From Marsupella aquatica (Eukaryota; Plantae; Marchantiophyta), in assembly GCA_973895155.1 (NCBI GenBank), contig OZ316898.1:16289420-16353419 (forward strand): 64,000 bases of DNA. Direction: 5' to 3'. The translations under genes and the position numbers were made by a program. The stretch's first letter is position 1. The number at the start of each line of letters is the position of its first letter. Positions 12,208-21,400 of the stretch are shown here, in pieces. Under the pieces are notes generated by a model. The model was not told the origin of the DNA. It did not search any database and saw only the letters and a list, made by a program, of their open reading frames with translations.

Positions 12208-15200
12208 TAGCTCCCCACTTAATTGTGAAGCGTCCTCGCGAACAACTTCATCTTCGTCCATATAGTATTTCTTGAGGCGGTCATAATGGATGCGAACTGG
12301 ATATACCTCTCCCGTAATGTTGGCCAATTGTACGGAGCCATTGGGGAACATCATGGTTACTCTAAAGGGTCCTAACCAGCGAGTGTAAAGCTTTCCTGGA
12401 AACCTACTATACCTACTGTCATAAAGTAGCACAAGATCACCGGTATGAATACTAACTACTTTTAACCTTTTATCATACTGCTGCTTCATGATATTCTGTC
12501 TATATTCTACTCTCTCGGCTGAAATCATTCTCGCTTCCTCTAAAGCTTCTAACCTATATTCTCGCTCCTTTAGGCTCTCCTCCGCTGAGGCTCTTTCCTC
12601 AATTGTAACTTGAAATGTCGGTATCTCAAGTTGCATGGGTACCAGGGCTTCTTGTCCAAAGGTTAAGAAGAAGGGTGTATGACCGGTAGTGGATTTATAG
12701 GCAAGATTGTAAGCAAAAACAACAGCAAACAATTTATCATCCCAATCGAGTTTGTTCTGAGCTACTATCTTGTTCAATATCTTTCCTATAATTCCGTTTG
12801 CTCGTTCTGTCAACCCGTTTGCCTTTGGATGGTAGGGAGTAGTAGGCCTATGTTTAACTGAATACTGCTCATTTAAACGACTAATTATATCATTCAAAAA
12901 ATGGGTTCCTCTATCACTAACTAATTCTAGGGGTGCTCCATACCTGGTGAAGATCTGCTCATACATGAATCTAGCCGTAGTAATTGCATCATCCTTCGTT
13001 GTTGGTCTGGCCTCTACCCATTTAGTTGCATAATCCGTAGCCAGGATTATGTACTTGTTCCGTCGAGGGTGGGTCAGTGGTTTCAGAGGTCCAATGTAAT
13101 CAATACCCCACTTCTCGAATGGTGCCAGAGGTAGAATAGGGTGCAGTGGATGCCTGGTGGACGCCCTTGGTCCTCCCGCTCGTTGACAAGGATCGCATTG
13201 TTTGATAAACTGATAGACATCTTTGTGCAAGGTGGGCCACCAGTAACCGGCATTTAATATCTTCTTAGACATGGTTACTGGGGCAAAATGTCCTCCGGCC
13301 TCCTCTCCATGCATGGCCCGTAGGACTCGTTTTACCTCTCTCTTTTCCAAACATCTTTGAATCGTGCCGTTGATTCCATGCTTGTGCAGTATGCCTTTAA
13401 TGCACTGATACTGTCTGACCTTCCGCACAAAGACTGCGGCTTGCTCTCGGCTTAATCCTGGCTGTAATCTAGAAGTGCTGAGAAATTGTAAAATCTCAGG
13501 GTACCATGTACCAGCTATTTCCACAACGAATAGCTCCTCGTCGGGGAATCGATCATCGATGCAATCCGTGGCAGGTTTACCTGTGATCCTTGAAAAGAAG
13601 TCGGCATTGGCATGTAACTTTCCCGGCTTGATCCTCAGCTCATAGTCAAACTCCTGTAATAGCAAAATCCATCTTGCTACTCTGCCTGTAAGGTCCGGCT
13701 TATTGACTAGGTACTTCAAACTTTCGTGATCAGTATGAAAGATTACCTTGTACCCTAGTAAATAATGCCTAAACTTTTTACAAGAATAAATGACTCCTAA
13801 TGCTTCTCTTTCCGTGGTAGAGTAGTTCCGTTCGGCATCGGCAAGCTGACGGCTTGCGAAGTATATGGGATGGTCCCTTCCTTTCTCATCCAACTGACTT
13901 AGTACTGAGCCAATACAGAAGCCCGAGACATCTACAAAAACATGAAAATCTTTGTTCCAGTCCGGTGCTATCATGACTGGGGCCTCTACTAACATCTGCT
14001 TTAATTCTACCACCGCTGTGACTCGTTTGGGTGTGGGTTCGAAGTCTGCTCCTGCCTTGAGCATATTGGTTAATGGTAAAGCTAGCTTGGCAAAATCCTT
14101 GATGAACCGGCGATAGTAACCAATGCATCCCAAGAAGGATCTTACATCCTTTATGTTCTTAGGTTGCATGATATCTAGCCATACTGCTAGCTTACCTTTG
14201 TCAATCTCAATGCCCTTCCTTGATACCTTGTGACCTAGTAGCACCCCCTCGGTTACTGCAAAAAAACATTTATCTGGGTGTAACTTGAGACCCACCTCTC
14301 TACATCTCATGAAGGTTTTTCTGAGGTATTTAGCATGTTTCGATGCCTTCCCGAATACTGCAAAGTCATCAATGAAGATTTCCATGAACTTTCTCAAGTA
14401 ATCATGAAAAATGTTCACCATTAATCGTTGGAACATAGCTGGTGCGTTGCAGAGTCCAAATGGCATACGATTGAAGACATAGATCCCCCATTCCGTGATG
14501 AAGGCCGTCTTGATTTGGTCTTCCTGCCAAATCCTGATTTGGTTATAACCAGAGTATCCATCCATGAATGAATATAGTTCATGACTGGCTACCATGTCTA
14601 GTACCATATCAGTAAACGGTAAAGGAAAATGGTCTTTTAATGTTGCTTCATTCAGCTTCCTGTAATCCTGACAAACCCGGATCTTGGGTTTACCATCGGG
14701 TCCAGCTTTCTTGGGAACTATCACAATTGGAGACACCCAGTCTGAATGCAGGACTGGAGTGATGAATCCAGCTTCCACTAGTTTGTCGATTTCTGTTTTG
14801 ACCAGCAGGGAATACTTCGGGTTCATCCTTCGAATTGGTTGTCGAAATGATTTGGCTCCTAACATGAGATCAATTCGATGTTCCCCTAGTGTTGGATCTA
14901 CTCCCTTTAGATCTTGGTGACTCCATGCAAACACATCCTGAAATTCAATCAATAAGTCACTGATCTCTTTCTCGAGCTCAGGTGCTAGGTTTCTCCCTAA
15001 GTTCAGTTCTCTTCCCTCTCCTAAGTCGAGCTTCCGATATTGCCGTGCTTGGATCATATTAATCTGCTTCTTCAAATTCGGGTCCAGTTCGGCTTTCAGT
15101 CTCTCTAATCTCATACCTCCATAAACTGGGATCTCGGCTGGACTAGCCGAGTCGGTCCCTTCCTTGGTGTCCATAGATTGTCCCCTTACCGGTCTATTCG

Positions 15201-15462
15201 GTTTTGAATTAGTGGTCGGCTCCCCTTCCTGCCTTGGCTCTGGATCGTGTCTGTCCATCTCATCCACCTCTTGCTCCTGAGAGTTAGGCCGCTGTGCTCT
15301 CTCGGCTTCTAATAGGGCCTCGATTTGTTCTGCCCTCGTAATCGGCTTGTATGCCGATCCCTTGGTATTTAATTCCTTGCCAATGATCGATGGCGTTGTG
15401 GACCCCGTCGGCTCTGCCACAACGCCTGCAGAAAATCCACTGTCCCTGCTACTGCTCCCCAC
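12196..15462 (-). CDS. pol: Pol: reverse transcriptase, RNase H and integrase (probably reached by -1 frameshift from gag-PR)
   Basis: RT: CQDYRKLN, FMDGYSGYNQI, MPFGLCNAP, FIDDF. RH: VFVDVS, YSTTEREAL, HTDH, NADFFSR. INT: H...GGHF...CDPCQ, WGIDYIGP, VSDRGTHF, NGLTERAN, RWLGPF. Uninterrupted 1088 codons; the stop lies a few codons inside the 3' LTR. Confidence 0.96.
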   Translation of the reverse strand: MGSSSRDSGFSAGVVAEPTGSTTPSIIGKELNTKGSAYKPITRAEQIEALLEAERAQRPNSQEQEVDEMDRHDPEPRQEGEPTTNSKPNRPVRGQSMDTKEGTDSASPAEIPVYGGMRLERLKAELDPNLKKQINMIQARQYRKLDLGEGRELNLGRNLAPELEKEISDLLIEFQDVFAWSHQDLKGVDPTLGEHRIDLMLGAKSFRQPIRRMNPKYSLLVKTEIDKLVEAGFITPVLHSDWVSPIVIVPKKAGPDGKPKIRVCQDYRKLNEATLKDHFPLPFTDMVLDMVASHELYSFMDGYSGYNQIRIWQEDQIKTAFITEWGIYVFNRMPFGLCNAPAMFQRLMVNIFHDYLRKFMEIFIDDFAVFGKASKHAKYLRKTFMRCREVGLKLHPDKCFFAVTEGVLLGHKVSRKGIEIDKGKLAVWLDIMQPKNIKDVRSFLGCIGYYRRFIKDFAKLALPLTNMLKAGADFEPTPKRVTAVVELKQMLVEAPVMIAPDWNKDFHVFVDVSGFCIGSVLSQLDEKGRDHPIYFASRQLADAERNYSTTEREALGVIYSCKKFRHYLLGYKVIFHTDHESLKYLVNKPDLTGRVARWILLLQEFDYELRIKPGKLHANADFFSRITGKPATDCIDDRFPDEELFVVEIAGTWYPEILQFLSTSRLQPGLSREQAAVFVRKVRQYQCIKGILHKHGINGTIQRCLEKREVKRVLRAMHGEEAGGHFAPVTMSKKILNAGYWWPTLHKDVYQFIKQCDPCQRAGGPRASTRHPLHPILPLAPFEKWGIDYIGPLKPLTHPRRNKYIILATDYATKWVEARPTTKDDAITTARFMYEQIFTRYGAPLELVSDRGTHFLNDIISRLNEQYSVKHRPTTPYHPKANGLTERANGIIGKILNKIVAQNKLDWDDKLFAVVFAYNLAYKSTTGHTPFFLTFGQEALVPMQLEIPTFQVTIEERASAEESLKEREYRLEALEEARMISAERVEYRQNIMKQQYDKRLKVVSIHTGDLVLLYDSRYSRFPGKLYTRWLGPFRVTMMFPNGSVQLANITGEVYPVRIHYDRLKKYYMDEDEVVREDASQLSGELCDA
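12208..12221 (-). promoter_or_regulatory. Polypurine tract (3' PPT)
   Basis: Minus strand TAAGTGGGGAGCTA directly abuts the TGTGATG start of the 3' LTR. Confidence 0.75.
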
Positions 15463-18362
15463 TTAGCCGTTTCATCCAATTGGTCTACATCCTTTACTTC
15501 CTCCGGAATTGCAGCTAAAAAGGTGGATTCTATTGTAAAGCAGTCCTCGACCTCTTCGTCTTCTTCTTCCAAGTCACCTTCCATTGGTTCTTGCCATAAT
15601 CCGCTGGGGGCTACCTCTGGTCCAAAGACACCTTCTTCGGTTAGGTTAGTGAGGCATTCTAACCAACGTACTTCATCGGCTGACTCCAGTCCACTGTCGT
15701 ACCCATCTACTTCCCTTATGCTTTTCCTACGGTCATCCTTAGTGTCCCAGGATACCGTGATAGAGGGGGTCCCGAAAGTGAACTGCTTTTTACCCCAATC
15801 TTCTATTACCTCGGCTAGGTACAGCCATGGCCTACCAATCAATAGCCAGAATGACGTAGGATTTACCGGCTTCATTACTACATAGTTAATGCTAAAGAAG
15901 ATACCTCCTATCTCTGTCTTGATGCCGGTTAACACTCCCGTCGGAATGACCTGATATCCATTGGCCATGTTCAACACTCTTCCAGTCATCTCCGGTGTTA
16001 GACCCCACCCTTTTGCTGTTGAATCAATCATAATACATACCCCTGATCCTCCATCGATGGGTACCCGTAGTAATAATTCTCCTTGAATCATTAATGGTAA
16101 TGCTGGGGCTCCTTGATCTTCTTCTATCATTAGTACGTCGGATCTGGTTGCTACCTTGGGTAATCTCGGCTTGCCGAGAATAGCCTTCCTTAATTGCTTC
16201 CGGAAATACGGGCTATTTTTCAATAGTTGACCTACTGTTGCCGAGACTCTAGATTCTAGTACATCTTTAGCCAGGTCATAGGGAACAATCGGCTTCTCTT
16301 CTGGTGGTGTTTCCGTCTTGGATTCGGCCAGTTTTGCCACGCTAGTCTCCACAGCTGTTGGGTCTTCCGAAGCAAACAATGCTTTTGCTCGTTTTACATC
16401 CTTGGCAATGGCTTCGGTATTCTCCAGGGTTTCTAATTCTCTTAGTTGTTCCTTAACACTAGCCGTAACAGAGGGGTAGAACAACTTAGGATGATCTCGA
16501 TTGAAGTCGCTATCTTGTGAAGGATTGGTTTCACGGGTGGGCTCATGGCTTACCTGTATTGCCGGAGCCCTCCCTTCTCCTTCTGTTGATGTTGACGAAG
16601 AGTCAATCCTTTCCTCCGTAACCTTCCCTTTATTTTTGGCCAGCCCATCCCACCTTTCCTTCCTTCTGGTAGATCGAGTAGAGACCCGGTAGCAATCATG
16701 ATCTAAATCCTCCTCTGAGAAGGTTGATAGGGCTTCGGCCTCATCATCAGATGGTACGAACTCTGCCTCGGCATCCTCTTGCCATCCTAGTTCGATGTGG
16801 TTGATTTGAACTCCTCCGGGGGTAGTACCTGGCGGTAAGATCTTGATCGGCAAAAGCTTATGATTTGCGGCCAGGCCTGCCAACCAAGTAGGACATTGCC
16901 CTAGCATATGACCTTCCTGTCGGCATCCCATACATAGCTGAGCTGGTTGTCCATCACCCTGTTTGCGTGCATTCGGGCATTCTCTAGCAAAATGGCCAGG
17001 TTGACCACAATTATAGCACGCCGCAAATCTTTGCACATTCGGCCTAGGAGGTACTGACGGGTTCTGAATAATCCGAGGATACATCTCTCCTGGATTGTTC
17101 CTTAACCCTGACCATAGAGATGCAGGTCTGTTGGATAGGTCTCGTGCTCCAGTCTCACTGATGCCGAAAACACTATCAGCGACATCTCCTAAAAAGTACT
17201 CTACTTCTCCCTGACATGGTCTGATCTCGGCCACATGCCGAACATGATTAGTATTAAGCTTAGGACACGCATCTTTATGGTGTCCGGTTTTATAACATAA
17301 GGCACACCATACAGAGCTATCCTCCTGTACTACCTTCTTCTTTGGTTTTACCTCTGCAATGATAGCCTTAAGTTGCTCGGTAAGGGCTACGATGTTATCT
17401 GGTGGCTTAGCCTCCATCTTGACTTTCGTCTTCCCTCTCCTTCTGCCCTTCCTTTTCCTAGTTTTTTCTTCTTCAGAACTAGAAGATGACTCACTCTTGC
17501 TACTCCCACTATCCGAGCTTGACTTATCACTTCTAGACTTCTTGGGATGTTTCTTCTTCTTATCTTTTTTCTTATGGGGTGATCCCTCCTCTGATGAGGA
17601 ACTCTCAGACTTAAGCTGTTTCTTGCGGCTTGTGATATCTGCATTAATGTATAATTGAATATCCTTAATTGCTTCGGCTAAAGTCTCCGGGTTCTCCTTC
17701 CTAATTGCAAAACTCATCTTTTGTGGCAAAGCATTCACCAACCATTGAAGTTGCATACCTTCAGATGCATTGGTCTTTGTACGTCTTACGAGTTTCTGAA
17801 AGCGTTGCAAGAACTTCCTGAAGGATTTGTTCTCCTTGAACCGAAGTTGTCCCAACTTCAGCACTGCTAGTTCTGAAGTTCCAATGGGTCGAAACTCCTT
17901 AACAAAGAGTGTTTTGAAGATATCCCAGATGGCTTGATCTTCCACATCTAATGCTCTGTACCAAGGCCTAGCCTCACCCTTGAACAGGCCGGGAAGAATC
18001 TGCATCTTGATGGCCGATTCTCCATTTGCTGCAGCGGTTCCCTCGAAATCATCCAACCATTCGTCCGGATCCTCATCTCCTCTCCCATGAAATGCCTTGT
18101 AATGTATGCGCGACCGCTGGCTCAATCTGGTCCCTGGCCTCTCGTCTGGCCGTGCCTCTGGTTCCCCCATGTCGGTTGGAGACTCACTTCTCCTTACCGA
18201 CTCTTCTTCTGGTATGTCTTCTTCGACGCCACTTCCAGTTTCGGAGCTACCAGCTCTTTCTGCCCCTCTCAGTCGCTGTGTATCATGCCACCCGGCGAGC
18301 TGCTGCAGTCGAGCTCTCTCCCGTTGAATCACTCTTTCTTCCCTCGGCGTAAGGTCAGTCAT
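15369..18362 (-). CDS. gag: Gag-protease polyprotein (capsid, three CCHC zinc knuckles, aspartic protease)
   Basis: FHGRGDEDPDEWLDDFE...ARPWY...WDIFKTLFVKEF capsid region; CALCYKTGHHKDAC, CYNCGQPGHFAREC, CMGCRQEGHMLGQC; protease PIDGGSGVCIM...LLIGRPWL. Confidence 0.93.
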   Translation of the reverse strand: MTDLTPREERVIQRERARLQQLAGWHDTQRLRGAERAGSSETGSGVEEDIPEEESVRRSESPTDMGEPEARPDERPGTRLSQRSRIHYKAFHGRGDEDPDEWLDDFEGTAAANGESAIKMQILPGLFKGEARPWYRALDVEDQAIWDIFKTLFVKEFRPIGTSELAVLKLGQLRFKENKSFRKFLQRFQKLVRRTKTNASEGMQLQWLVNALPQKMSFAIRKENPETLAEAIKDIQLYINADITSRKKQLKSESSSSEEGSPHKKKDKKKKHPKKSRSDKSSSDSGSSKSESSSSSEEEKTRKRKGRRRGKTKVKMEAKPPDNIVALTEQLKAIIAEVKPKKKVVQEDSSVWCALCYKTGHHKDACPKLNTNHVRHVAEIRPCQGEVEYFLGDVADSVFGISETGARDLSNRPASLWSGLRNNPGEMYPRIIQNPSVPPRPNVQRFAACYNCGQPGHFARECPNARKQGDGQPAQLCMGCRQEGHMLGQCPTWLAGLAANHKLLPIKILPPGTTPGGVQINHIELGWQEDAEAEFVPSDDEAEALSTFSEEDLDHDCYRVSTRSTRRKERWDGLAKNKGKVTEERIDSSSTSTEGEGRAPAIQVSHEPTRETNPSQDSDFNRDHPKLFYPSVTASVKEQLRELETLENTEAIAKDVKRAKALFASEDPTAVETSVAKLAESKTETPPEEKPIVPYDLAKDVLESRVSATVGQLLKNSPYFRKQLRKAILGKPRLPKVATRSDVLMIEEDQGAPALPLMIQGELLLRVPIDGGSGVCIMIDSTAKGWGLTPEMTGRVLNMANGYQVIPTGVLTGIKTEIGGIFFSINYVVMKPVNPTSFWLLIGRPWLYLAEVIEDWGKKQFTFGTPSITVSWDTKDDRRKSIREVDGYDSGLESADEVRWLECLTNLTEEGVFGPEVAPSGLWQEPMEGDLEEEDEEVEDCFTIESTFLAAIPEEVKDVDQLDETAKWGAVAGTVDFLQALWQSRRGPQRHRSLARN
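15392..15438 (-). promoter_or_regulatory. Candidate -1 programmed ribosomal frameshift signal
   Basis: G GAT TTT in the gag frame (15438-15432), 5-nt spacer, then a perfect 10-bp stem GGCGTTGTGG/CCACAACGCC with a 15-nt loop, inside the 94-nt overlap where pol is in the -1 frame. Confidence 0.75.
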
Positions 18363-18409
18363 TACCTACGCTTCCGTTCTAACTTCATATCTCACGGCTT
18401 AAGAAATGC

Positions 18410-18427
18410 CCCCTCCATCTAGCGCCA
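18410..18427 (-). promoter_or_regulatory. Primer binding site
   Basis: TGGCGCTAGATGGAGGGG starts 4 nt after the 5' LTR end (...CCACA TTTT TGG); the cognate tRNA was not verified. Confidence 0.8.
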
Positions 18428-18431
18428 AAAA

Positions 18432-21400
18432 TGTGGTGCGTCCCATGGCTCCCTAAACCCAAGAAACCCCCCAGCTCAAGCCGATTCCCGCAGGTTTCGT
18501 GCTTGGCGAGGCCGTTTCCGCGGCTTAGCGGCATGGGACGCTGCTAACCTTCTACTACTACTATTAACATTTTACACACATATACTGGACAGATCCTTCA
18601 TCGGGTCATGAGATACGTAGCCGGCCTAATATAGGCCTTCCCCTGTCTTCCCCTGTCTTCCCCTCCGTCTTGTTAGGTATGTTTGGATTCCGCCGCCGGA
18701 ATGATCCCCAATAGGCTTGGTTAAGCCGCTAAGACCTCTCTTAGCTCGACACATCCAACTCTCACTCCCCTGCTTACTTTCCTTCCTTCTGTTGATGTGG
18801 GCACTCTTCACACAAGTTAATGCAACACACAAATAGCAAAATGACTCATTCTGACTGAGTCATACCATGCACTTGCCATACAAATAGTACATCTCATACA
18901 CAAGTTCTGCGAACTAAGCCGTGAGGCCAACTCTATTCAGCTCTTAGGCATGAGGAAACATGAATATACACAAGGGTCACTGTATGACTAACCGAGAGCT
19001 TCTCGTACTACTTGATCCCAGCCCGGCTGGTGCAAACTAAAAACTTGCTAAAGAAGAGGCCCTGAGCTCCCCGCTGCCCAGGTACTTATCCTGGTAGTGG
19101 ATCCGCCATTCTTTGCATCGTAAGCCTAATCTACTTAACAGTAATCTACTTGCCCGAATCTACCTACGTACAGCAAGGCAGGAGCACAAGTGTTGCTCCT
19201 ACCAGTGGGACCGCAATCCCACTAAGCTAAGTGTCAGGGCCGCTCCTGGTTCTGATCCTAATCCTAAACGTGGAGATCCGCGCCCGCCCTGCCCACTCAC
19301 GCCTCCTCCCTCCACGTCCGCCCTCCCTAAAAGGAACGGCGCCCTTGCACCGTCACGACACCGGTGGTGGATCCTTAATGGACGCCCCCAACGCTTCCTC
19401 CTCAGCCACTGCCGTAGGCTCATTCCCTGACAGATTACCTGCCCTTGACTGAGTCAACTCTCCATCGGCCTGACTGGGTCCACCATCGGCGTCGGCATTG
19501 GCTCGAGAATCGGTTACGGCCTCAGCCTCGGCTACGGTCTCCCCGGCCTGCTCAAGAGGCGGATCTGGAATACTGGCCTCCTTACTGAGTAGTTCGGCTT
19601 GGGCCGCACCATCCCTACCTGTGATCATAGCGGGATCTATTGCCGTATTCATGTCGGAGGATGGTGCTGGTTCTACCTCTTTGGTCACCACGGCTTGTGG
19701 AGTCGGATTACTCCTTGACCCTGAAGGTTTCTGCTTTTTCTTCTTTTCTGGTTCGGCAGCTGGTCCATTCCCCTTCCCACTTACCTCCGGCACTGGTGCA
19801 GTTGGCGCGGCTTTTTCTTCGGCCAGTACCACTCCTAGTAACTTGGTTGCCCCAATTGGAGTTGGGCCTGATGAAGACAAGCACCTAAATACTGCGGCTT
19901 GTTTCTTCAGCCGCTCCGTTTGGTTGTCGGCCCGCCGCTGGAGGTTCTCCATCTTCCTTGTGATTTCCTCCAACTCCTCCTGGGTCTCATCCAGGTCCTT
20001 GCGTGCCTCCTCTAGTTCCTTCTGGGCTTCCTCCCGTTCTTGTTTCAAGGTAGTCCTCTCCTCCTGGGTTGCTTTTAGCTCCTTGTCGAGCTCTGCAATG
20101 ATGACAGACTCCATCTGGTTCATCTTGGCGTAAGTCTGTTCGAGCATCTCGTCCTTCTCCCTTAGGTCGGCCTTGAAGCTGGCCGTCAGGGATGCAAGCT
20201 CCTGCTGCAGCGCCATAATCCCTTGATAGGATTTCCCTAACTCGGCCTCCTTCTGCTCAAGGGCTCCGCGGATTTTCTCGAGCTCCCCTTTCAACGCCCA
20301 TTCCTTTCTTTGGGTCTCCGCCATGGCCCGGCTGTTGGCTGTTATGTGGGCCTCCTCTGTATTCTTCAGCTCTTGCTTCCACTTCTCCCTCTCTTTGATC
20401 GTGTCGGCCAACTCTTCCTGCGTCTGAGTCAGTTTATCCTTGATATTCTGATTATCAGCCTGCGCGGTGTCCAACTGCCCCTGCATGATGTTCAGCTCAT
20501 GTCGTTTAATCCGCAGTTCATCTTGGGCTTTCTTGGCCGCCCTTAGATCTTCAATCTCGGCTTCCATCCTCCTAAGCCGCCGAATGACCTCGTCCTTCTT
20601 GCTTCTCTCTAAAGCCACCGCTTCTTCTAATTGGTGCTTCTCCAACTGCTCCCTATGGAAAAAGGGTCCTACTTCCAACTCCTCTCCAAAGATGCCGAGC
20701 GCAAGTTCCCCACACATCTCACCATACTCCATGGCTCTATTCTTAGCGTAGGTGGAGTAAGTAGAAGTGATCGGCATCGCCCATCGCGGCCTCTGCTCCC
20801 AAGCCGTCCTGCGGATCTCTTCAATCGTGGCTAGAGGTTTGCTTCCTTTTTTGGCTAGCCGCCTGATGTCCTCCGGCCAATCTCCTCCTGGTAAATCCTT
20901 TTCCTTAGCCAGGGCGGCCTCCTCCTCCTGCTTGATTCGCTCCTGAAATTCCTGCACCGTCTGTTTTATGCCGTCGAAGCTCGGGGGAGCAACATCTGGT
21001 GGGGGAGACTCAGGGCTACTCTGCTGGTTGGGGTCCCCTCGCACTACCCTTGGAAGTGTGGGGACAAACCGGCCACAGGTCCTTACTCCTGGAACGTGAT
21101 GGTCCGACCCATAGCCGGAATTATCATGGCTGCAGTCCTCCACTGCCTCCTCTACCTCTTGGACGTCCGGCTTCTCCCTCTCCTCTTCGTTGGTAGGAGC
21201 TTCAGGCAATTCTGCCTCAGATTCGGAGCTTGAGGTTCCCACGTACATTCGAACACCTGGCTTGGATTCCGGCCTGATTCTCTCCTTGTCTCCAGCAAAG
21301 GGGTTTTCTCTTGTGAGCCGGTGTAGGCCTACCTCTGTAGTAGTGTCCTGCATTGTTGCCGTTGCCGTTGTTGTTGCCGATGCCGATTTCTTTTCTTTCT

